Shown: positions 18,197 to 26,625, counted from the stretch's first letter. The stretch is DNA of 30,844 nt from Candidatus Pacearchaeota archaeon UBA284 (GCA_002499185.1 DAKN01000010.1:4546-35389); one strand, 5' to 3'. The notes: generated from the sequence alone by a model not told the origin. Translations and numbers: made by a program.

Positions 18197-18571
18197 TTAT
18201 TTCTTGTTTATTATCGTAGAGAATATAGACTTTTTGTTAATTTCAGCAGAATTTTCTTTTTCTTCTCTTCCCTCAATGTTATTTTCGGTAATAACTTCCT
18301 CTTCAGAAAGAACAGTTTTAATTTTTTCAGTAATTTCGATAGCCAAGTCTTCAGAAATTTGTAGTTTATCTTTTATTATTGGCTTTAAATTAGTCAACGA
18401 GATTTTTTCGTTAATTAAATTATTACAAATATCTATTAGGTAATCTAATCTATTTTTTTCAATATCACTAAATTCTTTTTCTTCCAAGTCAAAACAGTCA
18501 GTTACTCCAAGATTATTGGTTTTTATAAAATCAATAGCGGTATTTATTAAATCTATTTTTTTAGCAATCAT
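18197..18571 (-). CDS. hypothetical acidic protein (124 aa), co-transcribed downstream of the VirB6-like gene
   Basis: Starts 2 nt after the stop of the upstream gene. Glu/Asp/Ile-rich with no recognisable motif. Confidence 0.4.
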   Translation of the reverse strand: MIAKKIDLINTAIDFIKTNNLGVTDCFDLEEKEFSDIEKNRLDYLIDICNNLINEKISLTNLKPIIKDKLQISEDLAIEITEKIKTVLSEEEVITENNIEGREEKENSAEINKKSIFSTIINKK

Positions 18572-18573
18572 AA

Positions 18574-20649
18574 TTAATTTAATTTACCTGCCCATGCTTC
18601 ATTGGATAGATTTTCTATTGCTTGAGCCATTACTTTATCTTCTTTATTTGTGCTTGTTTTTAATGATGTAATTACATTTTTAACAGCTGTTCGATTTAAT
18701 TTATCTCTAGTGAAACCCCTTAAATCTTTAACATCAATAGTTGCAGTAGGAAGATGCTGTTTTATTAAATTAGCATAACCATTTTTAATGTTTTCTATGT
18801 CTTTTGCTGTTCCTTTTTTTAATTTTTCTTGTATTATTTTTATATTAGGGCCAGCAATAGATGATAAAATTTCAGGATTTAGATATGCTGAGGAATTTAT
18901 TATTTTTCCTCTTTCAGCTGGCGACATTGCTCCCATAACTTCAGAAGAGCTTTTGTTGATTAATTTTTGAGCATAATCTGGTCTAGCATTTGCAATATCT
19001 TTTATTTTAACATTAAATGTTTCGGCCCAATTTTTATTGCTAGCCAAATATTCTAATTCAGGTTTATCTAATTCTCCTCTTTTATTTAAAGCGTTAAAAG
19101 CAGCGGCTTTATCAATATTATTTGCTCTTGTTTCTGTTCCTGAAGTAGTGATTTTTTTAAGCTTATCATTAGAGAGATTTTCGAGTCTTTTCTGTGCCTC
19201 TTCAACTTCGCCGCTTATCTTAGCGTCGTATTCTCCACGTCTTGTAAAGCCGATGTTTTCTTTTATTTCAGATATTCTTTTGGCTGCTTTTTCTCTTCCC
19301 TCGGCTCCTAATCCTCCCATTGCTGCTCCGGTTAATCCTCCCATTGCTGCTCCTCTTATTCCAGCATCAGAATATCCTTGACTGATACCAGAAAGTCCGC
19401 CAACTGCGGCACCAGCAACCGTTCTTTTCCCTCCTTCAACCATCCATTCTCCGCCTGCTACCGCAGTTTCTTTTGCTTTACTTATAGCCCTGCCTCCAGT
19501 TCTTGCCCAAGCACCTTTGGCGAGACCCTCAACAGTCGAACCGATTTGTCCTCCCGCAGAGATAGAGATAAAGAATCCAGCGATTAAAATAATGAAGGGA
19601 GTAAGACACTTAATGGCTGAATTAACTAAGCTACCAATAATAGAGGTAAGACTTGTTGGATCAATAGTAAAGGTTATCGATGGAATTAGCATATTTGCGA
19701 GATAGATAGACATTCCAGCTGGTATTCCGATTACACACCATTGCATAAAACTTTCCCACCAGTCATCCCAATAAAGAACGCTGGGAAATATTTTTTTAAT
19801 ATAGTTTGACTGAGGAAATACTTTTGTTGCAAAAGCTATGGGAGAAGCTATTACTAATAGCCATAGAATTATAGATCTACCAAGAAAAAGTAATGCATAA
19901 AGAATGTAAATAAAGAAACTAATAAGGGCAAACATTAAAAATGCAAGTGATACAGCGAAAGAATTTAATATACTTAGAGTTGATGTTCCTATTGCATTGA
20001 CAAATTCTTTTTCTGCGACAGCTGTTACGGTAGTATTTATTCCTCCAGAAACAAAAGACTTTGTTAAAATATTTGATCCATCTATAATAAATCCACAAAT
20101 AATAGGGGTAAAATTAATCAAAAGAGCAATAATTATAAAATTGATTAAAGTTTTTTTAGCTTTATTTTCTTCTCTTCCTAATATTATGTTAATAGCTATA
20201 ATAACTAATCCAATAACTAATGCTGCGTTGGCTACGTTTCTTACTACTCCCCATCCAGTCGCTACAACTTTATTATATGTTTCACTTGCTGGATCAAAGT
20301 CTGTTGGACTTAGCCATGTTGATGTTGAATCTATAACCGTAGACAATATTACTTGTCCAAGATTTATAATTGTTGAACCAGCCATAGTTATCAGAGATCT
20401 AGCTGCTGTTATTATGCTATTGGTAATAACAGCGGTGGGGTTGTCAAGAAGATTATTAGTTGCATCTAATCCTAATAATTTTGAAATTTCAAGTGCTCCG
20501 GCTAATGGCCAAGTAGTAGGATTAGAAAGTAATAATATTTGAAGAGGATCAATAATATCTTCAGCAAAAACATTTCCCATTGGCGAAAGAAGAGTTAAAA
20601 AAATAAAAAGAGAACAAGCTATAATTTTTAATTTTTTAAAATTAAACAT
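18574..20649 (-). CDS. VirB6/TrbL-like polytopic membrane protein with Gly/Ala-rich C-terminal tail
   Basis: 691 aa. Signal peptide MFNFKKLKIIACSLFIFLTLLSPMGNVFA. A ~100-aa extracytoplasmic segment, then at least 5 TM helices in residues ~135-370 with a conserved-Trp loop (YWDDWWESFMQW). Then a ~320-aa hydrophilic tail containing GGLSGISQGYSDAGIRGAAMGGLTGAAMGGLGAEG and a 24-bp tandem duplication at ~19311-19358. Confidence 0.5.
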   Translation of the reverse strand: MFNFKKLKIIACSLFIFLTLLSPMGNVFAEDIIDPLQILLLSNPTTWPLAGALEISKLLGLDATNNLLDNPTAVITNSIITAARSLITMAGSTIINLGQVILSTVIDSTSTWLSPTDFDPASETYNKVVATGWGVVRNVANAALVIGLVIIAINIILGREENKAKKTLINFIIIALLINFTPIICGFIIDGSNILTKSFVSGGINTTVTAVAEKEFVNAIGTSTLSILNSFAVSLAFLMFALISFFIYILYALLFLGRSIILWLLVIASPIAFATKVFPQSNYIKKIFPSVLYWDDWWESFMQWCVIGIPAGMSIYLANMLIPSITFTIDPTSLTSIIGSLVNSAIKCLTPFIILIAGFFISISAGGQIGSTVEGLAKGAWARTGGRAISKAKETAVAGGEWMVEGGKRTVAGAAVGGLSGISQGYSDAGIRGAAMGGLTGAAMGGLGAEGREKAAKRISEIKENIGFTRRGEYDAKISGEVEEAQKRLENLSNDKLKKITTSGTETRANNIDKAAAFNALNKRGELDKPELEYLASNKNWAETFNVKIKDIANARPDYAQKLINKSSSEVMGAMSPAERGKIINSSAYLNPEILSSIAGPNIKIIQEKLKKGTAKDIENIKNGYANLIKQHLPTATIDVKDLRGFTRDKLNRTAVKNVITSLKTSTNKEDKVMAQAIENLSNEAWAGKLN

Positions 20650-20660
20650 ATTTTTATTAT

Positions 20661-20688
20661 ATTATAGCAACTTATTTTTATATGTAAA
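20661..20688 (-). promoter_or_regulatory. putative promoter of VirB6-like gene (TTTACA-16-TATAAT), -10 only 11 nt from ATG
   Basis: Minus-strand read TTTACAtataaaaataagttgcTATAATataataaaaatATG, with no SD. Confidence 0.4.
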
Positions 20689-20704
20689 TGCTGTTTACAA
20701 CAAA

Positions 20705-20739
20705 TAAAAAAACCGGGGATATTTTTAAATCGTCCCCGG
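20705..20739 (-). terminator. rho-independent terminator after small 2-TM gene copy 1
   Basis: Minus-strand read CCGGGGAcgatttaaaaataTCCCCGG followed by TTTTTTTATTT. The stop codon lies in the loop. Confidence 0.65.
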
Positions 20740-21027
20740 TCGTCGCGCATTCCCCATTGAGGGAGTGCGACGATAGTCGTATGCTCCTACCATTATTATC
20801 ACTACTCCAAAGATAATGATTATCATAGGAGTGGGCACTGAAGGAATTGCCGCTCTTGAAGTTCTTTGCTGTAAATCGTTTTCCAGTATTTTAGATGTTC
20901 TTTCAATGCCTGATGTGGTGGAAGCAGTAGATTTGTTGTCTTCAATCTGTGCAGTGTTCATGAATACGATACCGCCGATGACTGCGATTGCAATCCCGAT
21001 AATAATCAGAATGGTTGAGTTCTTCAT
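20725..21027 (-). CDS. small two-TM membrane protein, paralog copy 1 (true start MKNSTILI, not the TTG-initiated MRCLQ extension)
   Basis: ATG at 21027-21025 preceded by GAGGTG with a 7-nt spacer. Sequence MKNSTILIIIGIAIAVIGGIVFMNT, a polar linker, then a second TM IIIIFGVVIIMVGAY and an RR tail. The 5' ~130 nt are about 88 percent identical to 28758-28890. Confidence 0.6.
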   Translation of the reverse strand: MKNSTILIIIGIAIAVIGGIVFMNTAQIEDNKSTASTTSGIERTSKILENDLQQRTSRAAIPSVPTPMIIIIFGVVIIMVGAYDYRRTPSMGNARRPGTI

Positions 21028-21097
21028 TTGTAAACACCTCAATATGTAATTGTGATGAACTTTATAGTCTCTCCGAGGCTATTTAGGTTCTTTATAT

Positions 21098-21126
21098 ATT
21101 ATAATACCTATATTAAAATTTGTCAA
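21098..21126 (-). promoter_or_regulatory. consensus sigma70 promoter (TTGACA-17-TATAAT) for copy 1
   Basis: Minus-strand read cTTGACAaattttaatataggtatTATAATatat. Confidence 0.6.
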
Positions 21127-21128
21127 GA

Positions 21129-21157
21129 TTGTATGCTTCAAGCCAATAAAGTATAAT
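21129..21157 (+). promoter_or_regulatory. promoter TTGTAT-17-TATAAT for the pilin-fusion operon, -10 ends 8 nt before ATG
   Basis: TTGTAT (21129-21134), a 17-nt spacer, TATAAT (21152-21157), ATG at 21166. The -35 lies 2 bp from the -35 of the divergent copy-1 promoter. Confidence 0.5.
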
Positions 21158-21165
21158 TTAATTGT

Positions 21166-21501
21166 ATGTTTAATATTAAATTTACTCCCGAAACTTTTTT
21201 CATGCTTCCCTTCGCACTCGGACTTGATTTGATAGGAATTATTTTGGTTTGTTTCGGTTTAGATGATTTCGGAATAACAGATATCATCGGAATTGCATTT
21301 ATTAATACTTGGTTATTATTAAGAGGAAAAAAAGTTGTGCATCAACAAGGTAAAAAAGGAGCGATAAGTAGCATTAAAAAAGCTTTTACCGGCAAAACAA
21401 GTAAATTCTTTGCTGCACCGTTTCTAGAGTTGATTCCCTATGTAGGTTGTCTCCCCTTTTGGACAATATCGGTAATATTAAATTTAGACGAAGAACAATA
21501 A
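21166..21501 (+). CDS. small polytopic membrane protein (3 predicted TM), first gene of operon
   Basis: 111 aa. Hydrophobic segments FFMLPFALGLDLIGIILVCFGL, IIGIAFINTWLLL, FFAAPFLELIPYVGCLPFWTISVILNL, with a Lys-rich loop. Stops 2 nt before the next gene. Confidence 0.5.
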   Translation: MFNIKFTPETFFMLPFALGLDLIGIILVCFGLDDFGITDIIGIAFINTWLLLRGKKVVHQQGKKGAISSIKKAFTGKTSKFFAAPFLELIPYVGCLPFWTISVILNLDEEQ

Positions 21502-21502
21502 T

Positions 21503-24193
21503 ATGGCATTTTCAGAAGCTGTAATCTATCTCTTCAATTTTTCTCTGGGCATGGCCGCTGTTTTAGCTTTCATTGTTATCGTTGCCGCCGGAATAAAAAT
21601 GGTTGAATCGCGTGGTAATCCTTCGGAAACACAAGATGCCAAACAAAAAATCATTAATTCTCTTCTCGGTTTAACAATTCTCCTAACTTCATATATTCTT
21701 CTAACAACAATTAATCCCGATTTGGTAAAAATCGAGAATATTTCTTTGGGCACGACCGGAATAACTATCCCTATAATTACCCCAGGTGATAATCCGGAAG
21801 ATGCCAAGAATTATCAGTTTGAAGAAATACCGATCGGAACACTAACCGAAGCAATCTTAATTGGTACTTCATCAACCAAGAATAAGGTCCCCTGTTACGA
21901 ATACGAGCATGAAGCTTACGATGATGACGGCCAACTAATCATCGCTAATACGGTTGATAAAAACAAAGACGGAAAGATAACCGAAAAAGATATTATTCTT
22001 AACAAGGACATGTTCTATTGCATCAAACTTTTAGATGATGCGATTAAGAAAAAAATAGAAGTTCATTTGAATACTTTGGTTGCTGGACAAAAACAGTTGG
22101 ATGCTTTAATGAAAACTAACTGTACCTGCAAGAGAGCGTATTACAGCTATCTTCCTCCCAATAAAGAAGAATACAAAATTGAAGGAACAGACTGTTCCGA
22201 TACCGGTTGCTACAGAGGCACTACTTACTGTCAGTGTTGTGGAGGCGCTAAGACCGGCTGTTCAAGACTAGACCCGTACAACACTTCCTGCAGTTCTTCG
22301 TCTGCGAATCCCTGTGAAATTGTCGGATACAATAACGGTAAAGAAGTTAAACAGTATCAATACGATACTTGTGATAATAGATTAGCGATAGAATGCAAAA
22401 AACAGGAAATAAAACAATTGATGGACGGTACCAAGCCGGATCAAATTTGCTACGAAGAAGTCAACGGTGCTCCCCCATTAATAGAAAAGGAGCAACCGTT
22501 TAATCTTTTCACCATTAAGTTAGGAATCGAAAGATTGCAAGAATTCAAGGATTATTATGACGATGAAATCAAGGCGCTGGAAGAAGCAGAATTGAAAACA
22601 AAGGAATACGGAGAAAAGCTAACCTTAGCCGAAGTATATAATAATGTTCAAACAAAAGACGATGTTACTGTCGGTGTGAAAGAATTTGAAACCGAAGTCT
22701 ATTACAATATTTCCAGGTATTGCCGAACCGCTAACTGCACAAAATCAGGATATGATCCTAAGCTTGGATATGTTTGTCCGGAAGAAGACAATGAATACGA
22801 GATGAGCCTTAAAAAGAGGGTTTGCAGGATGGATGTAACAAAAGAAGATGTTGAATCTGGTGATGTTTTTGCCGCAAGCTGTGAAAAAGCAACCGGACTT
22901 TTCGAGCTTGATGCATGCAAGGAATTTTATTCATATGCCGGAGATCCAGCAACCTTCTATTACAGTGAAAAATACAATTCTGATTATAAGGGAGAAAATC
23001 AGGTAATCGACAGTAGTGATAATAAATGTAACCTTGAAACTCAGATTATTGAAAATGAAATGTACGGAGGAGTCATCCGTATCGGAGAAACGGTTGATTA
23101 TACTCAAGCCTGGGGCAAAGAAGTTTCAAGAAGGATAGAAAAGCTTAAAGAAGAAGTTCAGGGAATGTTTAATACGGGTATGGCCATATCTAATTTTCCC
23201 GACAGCTGCAGCGCCGGAAATTGTACAAACAGCAGTCCCGACAAATTGAATATTTGTACTCATCCGAAATGTGATTGCGAGGGCGATTGCTGTTGCGCTT
23301 CTGTTGAAGGAACATCTTGCCAGTCCTGCGAACCGGCTGAAACTGTTTGCGAGGATCCGGAAGAAGAATTAATGGACCAAATGGGACATGCGAGCACTTG
23401 TAACGAAAAAGAAACAAAGGCGTACGGAGGCTGCAGTACTTGTTGTGAAGGTATTTGTCCGGAAGTTCCCCTGCCCGAAGAAGACTACTGGACCTGCCCT
23501 TACAGAAACCTCTGTAATTTAATGAAGAATCTATACCAAAGAAGGTCCATTCAAAGGTCTTGCCTTGAAGAGACAGAAAACACCAATGAAGAGAAATCAA
23601 GAGAGATTATGGAGAGTAAGGTAGGATACGTTCAGAAGATGGAAATGAGAGAAGTGATATTATTCGAAATGGCCCAGGTTAAAGAGATAAAGGACGATGT
23701 AGAATATGAATATGTTTCGACCACAAACTTAATTAGTCTTGTCTGTCCCAGTTATTTGCTTTGGGATCTTACTCCTCTTACCTGTAACGTGAGCTTGAAT
23801 AAGAAGCTTAACATTGAAAAGAGGTTTGATTTGTTTGATATGCTTAAAGATTCAAGAGAAAGACTGAACGGATGTGTTAAAGGATATACTATTCCCTACA
23901 AGCAGACCGCCGATAACGTCAGAGTTTTGAGCTGTTACGAGGCTTCTAATACTTCTAATACCGGACTGGTTGTTATTCCCGAATTCCCCTTCCTTAAATT
24001 AGGAGACCCAGTAGACGAAGATATTGCTGAAGGAATCAAATATATTAATTGTTATCCTTACAATAGCGATAATTTAACCGACCAAGAAAAGGAAGTCTGT
24101 TTCTATAACATCAATCGTACGGGAACCGCAGAGAATCCGGGCTGTTTAACAATTACTAAAAATTATATGGATAATTATTATTGCTGCCAATAA
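21503..24193 (+). CDS. VirB2/TrbC-pilin-like N-terminal helical hairpin fused to ~800-aa cysteine-rich extracellular domain
   Basis: 896 aa. N-terminus AVLAFIVIVAAGIKMVESRGNPSETQDAKQKIINSLLGLTILLTSYILLTTINPDL is shared with the next two genes. About 50 Cys, including CQCCGG, KCDCEGDCCCAS, CSTCCEGICPE. An EF-hand-like loop DKNKDGKITEKD. Confidence 0.6.
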   Translation: MAFSEAVIYLFNFSLGMAAVLAFIVIVAAGIKMVESRGNPSETQDAKQKIINSLLGLTILLTSYILLTTINPDLVKIENISLGTTGITIPIITPGDNPEDAKNYQFEEIPIGTLTEAILIGTSSTKNKVPCYEYEHEAYDDDGQLIIANTVDKNKDGKITEKDIILNKDMFYCIKLLDDAIKKKIEVHLNTLVAGQKQLDALMKTNCTCKRAYYSYLPPNKEEYKIEGTDCSDTGCYRGTTYCQCCGGAKTGCSRLDPYNTSCSSSSANPCEIVGYNNGKEVKQYQYDTCDNRLAIECKKQEIKQLMDGTKPDQICYEEVNGAPPLIEKEQPFNLFTIKLGIERLQEFKDYYDDEIKALEEAELKTKEYGEKLTLAEVYNNVQTKDDVTVGVKEFETEVYYNISRYCRTANCTKSGYDPKLGYVCPEEDNEYEMSLKKRVCRMDVTKEDVESGDVFAASCEKATGLFELDACKEFYSYAGDPATFYYSEKYNSDYKGENQVIDSSDNKCNLETQIIENEMYGGVIRIGETVDYTQAWGKEVSRRIEKLKEEVQGMFNTGMAISNFPDSCSAGNCTNSSPDKLNICTHPKCDCEGDCCCASVEGTSCQSCEPAETVCEDPEEELMDQMGHASTCNEKETKAYGGCSTCCEGICPEVPLPEEDYWTCPYRNLCNLMKNLYQRRSIQRSCLEETENTNEEKSREIMESKVGYVQKMEMREVILFEMAQVKEIKDDVEYEYVSTTNLISLVCPSYLLWDLTPLTCNVSLNKKLNIEKRFDLFDMLKDSRERLNGCVKGYTIPYKQTADNVRVLSCYEASNTSNTGLVVIPEFPFLKLGDPVDEDIAEGIKYINCYPYNSDNLTDQEKEVCFYNINRTGTAENPGCLTITKNYMDNYYCCQ

Positions 24194-24194
24194 T

Positions 24195-25517
24195 ATGAAT
24201 ATTAAAACAATAATCACTACATTATTTTTATTTCTTATTGCTTTCCCTGCTTTGGCGGCGATGCAATATCCGGAAATCGGCGGGATAACAATTTCCGAAT
24301 CAACCACGGCTGCCCAATACATTGTTTATTTCTTTAATTTAGCGATTGCTCTAGGTGCTTTTGCCGCCGTTATCATGATGGTTATGGCCGGCATCGAATG
24401 GGTTACCGCTGCCGGAAATCCGAGCAAGATAGAATCATCTAAAGGAAAGATTGCCAATACCCTTTTCGGGGTAGCCGTCCTCGTTGGCTGTTATTTGATT
24501 CTTAATACTATTAATGACCAACTGCTTACCATTAAAATAGATGATTTGAAATGTGAACACGGTATAACAGTCTCAGTCAAACAGGCTTCCGATGATAAAG
24601 TAAAGCAGAAATGTATCGATGCGAGTCAGACAAATATCGAGGACACGATTATAAGCACTTTGAGCTGGAATTTTCCCGAAGATTATTTACTAAGAGTTTA
24701 TCTCTATTCTGAACCGGACTATAAAGGAACGATAACTCAAATTGATTGCAAGAATGGTCCTTGTGATGGGAGTATTTCCGGAGCAAAATCACTTTATTTT
24801 TTACTGAACAACGCCGGAATTTATTTGTATGACGACAACAGTTATACCCCGAGGGTAAAAAGTTATCCCCTTTTTACTTCGACCAGCATATCTGATTTAT
24901 CTAAAACAAATAGCTTTGATAATTTTACCAGGTCAATAGAAATAATTAATCCCGATCAAGACAAACAGCAGCTTCAATATTCCGCTATTGTTTTTAAAGA
25001 TCAAAACTATCAAGGAAGATGTGCTTTTGTCGGTCAGTCTGTTCCTGATATGGATACTGGATATAGCGGATATTACACTGATGCTATAGGAGATGATGAA
25101 ATTTCTTCAATTATTGTGGCAAAATCTAACTTAAACCAGGAAGCAATCAGCCAAAAGAGAGGAGAAATCATATTGTACACCAAGGTTAATTGTGGAAAAT
25201 CAGATACCGACCCAACTAAGCAAATCAAGGCTTGTCATATACCGATAACCAGTGTTGCCAGTGGTCAGGTGGATATTTCTGAAAGTTGTTCTAATTTTGA
25301 GTCTGGCGATGAAGTAATGTCTTTTGAAATCACTGGTGCAGCCGGATTAATTCTAAGTACTTCCAAGAAACAAGCGGGAGACGAAAAAACATACTGTATG
25401 TATTTCAATAAAGAATCTTTAGGAGGAGGAACCTGTTTGTCTTCAATATTGGATACCCATATCTTTACGGTCGGAGGAACGACCCCGCAATCATATATAA
25501 TCGTACCGGAAAACTAA
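24195..25517 (+). CDS. secreted/anchored paralog: signal peptide + VirB2/TrbC-like module + beta/gamma-crystallin-like (Greek-key) ectodomain
   Basis: 440 aa. Signal peptide ...FPALA|AMQYPEIGG. Module LGAFAAVIMMVMAGIEWVTAAGNPSKIESSKGKIANTLFGVAVLVGCYLILNTIN. Ectodomain motifs VYLYSEPDYKGTITQI, SAIVFKDQNYQGRCAFVG ... DDEISSIIVA. Confidence 0.6.
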   Translation: MNIKTIITTLFLFLIAFPALAAMQYPEIGGITISESTTAAQYIVYFFNLAIALGAFAAVIMMVMAGIEWVTAAGNPSKIESSKGKIANTLFGVAVLVGCYLILNTINDQLLTIKIDDLKCEHGITVSVKQASDDKVKQKCIDASQTNIEDTIISTLSWNFPEDYLLRVYLYSEPDYKGTITQIDCKNGPCDGSISGAKSLYFLLNNAGIYLYDDNSYTPRVKSYPLFTSTSISDLSKTNSFDNFTRSIEIINPDQDKQQLQYSAIVFKDQNYQGRCAFVGQSVPDMDTGYSGYYTDAIGDDEISSIIVAKSNLNQEAISQKRGEIILYTKVNCGKSDTDPTKQIKACHIPITSVASGQVDISESCSNFESGDEVMSFEITGAAGLILSTSKKQAGDEKTYCMYFNKESLGGGTCLSSILDTHIFTVGGTTPQSYIIVPEN

Positions 25518-25518
25518 A

Positions 25519-26625
25519 ATGAAAAATATTAAAACAATAATTTGTCTTTCTTTATTTGGAATATTATTCATCTCCCCTGTTTTGGCAGCAATACAATATC
25601 CGGAAATCGGTGGCGTTAATATTAATGAAGAAGGAACTTCAGCGGCCACCTACGTTGTTTATCTTTTTAATCTATCTATTGCGGCTGGAGCTTTTATTGC
25701 CGGAGCGGTTTTGTTTGCAGCCGGAATTGATTACGTTTCTGCTCGTGGAGAGCCGGCCAAGCTTGATAGCGCAAAAAACAAAATAAAGAATGCCTTTTTG
25801 GGATTAACGATCCTTCTCGCTGCTTTCATGATTTTAAACATTATCAATCCTCAATTAACGAGCATTAAAATCAGCCAATTGGAAAAAACACCGGAAAAGG
25901 AAATAGTCATTCCCGAGGGTTCTGGTATTTATTTATATGATTTAACTAATTACGCTTCCAGTGAAAATGAAGAGCCGGTAAGGGTTACTAAAACCATGGG
26001 GGGCTTTTTAGAAAGCAATTTTAGTAATAAAGCTGAATCAATTAAATTCAATAATCCGACTGAAGAATTCAGCTTCGGCGCCGTTCTTTACGCTGCCAAA
26101 GAAGACAGTACTGAAGGTTCTGGCTCTGATTTAAGAGGAAATTGTTCGTATACACTCAGTAATGTTCCTGACTTAGACGTTGCGGTTAACGACAAGGAAA
26201 ACTATCCTCCGATTGGCCGGGATAAGCTGGCTTCAATGCTTGTTTTTAAAACTGATGGTGGTTCGGGAAGTATCAAGATTTATAATACTATTAATTGCAA
26301 AGACAGGACCGATGAATACGGGGTAACCTGTAAAAAGAAGAAATACGATGATTGCGAGATTACTGGTGGCAGCGGATTCAAAAATCTTAAAGAAGCTTGT
26401 CCTGATTTCAAGGGAGACATCATGTCGATAGAAGCCGGAGACAGTTTGGGTATATTATTCAAAGCCACAGGTGCTCAGGAAGCTGGAAGATGTCACTACA
26501 TTGAAACCAATGATACTGGCTGTGTTAATGTGGTTAAATACAGCTATGTTTTTAATATCAACGACAAGAAATACGAATCTAATTTTACCCCCAAATCTTT
26601 TGTAATCTTTTCTTTAGTAAAGTAA
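25519..26625 (+). CDS. secreted/anchored paralog: signal peptide + VirB2/TrbC-like module + divergent ectodomain
   Basis: 368 aa. Signal peptide ...SPVLA|AIQYPEIGG. Module AGAFIAGAVLFAAGIDYVSARGEPAKLDSAKNKIKNAFLGLTILLAAFMILNIINPQL. Shares SGIYLYD..NY with the previous gene. Its 3' end overlaps the convergent ksgA remnant by 41 nt. Confidence 0.6.
   Translation: MKNIKTIICLSLFGILFISPVLAAIQYPEIGGVNINEEGTSAATYVVYLFNLSIAAGAFIAGAVLFAAGIDYVSARGEPAKLDSAKNKIKNAFLGLTILLAAFMILNIINPQLTSIKISQLEKTPEKEIVIPEGSGIYLYDLTNYASSENEEPVRVTKTMGGFLESNFSNKAESIKFNNPTEEFSFGAVLYAAKEDSTEGSGSDLRGNCSYTLSNVPDLDVAVNDKENYPPIGRDKLASMLVFKTDGGSGSIKIYNTINCKDRTDEYGVTCKKKKYDDCEITGGSGFKNLKEACPDFKGDIMSIEAGDSLGILFKATGAQEAGRCHYIETNDTGCVNVVKYSYVFNINDKKYESNFTPKSFVIFSLVK

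Noticed and set aside
18788-20542. Plus-strand ORFs inside the VirB6-like gene (60-181 aa, Pro/Ala/Ile-rich)
   Set aside because: These are shadow frames of a long, coherent minus-strand membrane protein. Their compositions (PPIAAP repeats) are the reverse-complement reading of its Gly/Ala repeats.
20816-21049. ORF-track proteins MRCLQMKNS... / MRCLKMKNS... (starts at 21042 and 28773) and the antisense ORFs 20816-21049(+) and 28655-28837(-)
   Set aside because: The upstream extension starts at TTG inside the GAGGTG ribosome-binding site. The conserved ATG 15 nt downstream (MKNSTILI) has proper SD spacing in both paralogs. The antisense ORFs are mirror images of the same conserved stretch.
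21166-24193. Possibility that the 111-aa membrane protein and the 896-aa protein are one gene split by a stop or frameshift
   Set aside because: A clean TAA ends the first ORF. The second begins with ATG 2 nt later, in a different frame. The 896-aa N-terminus aligns with the mature N-termini of its paralogs, so separate genes is the simpler reading.
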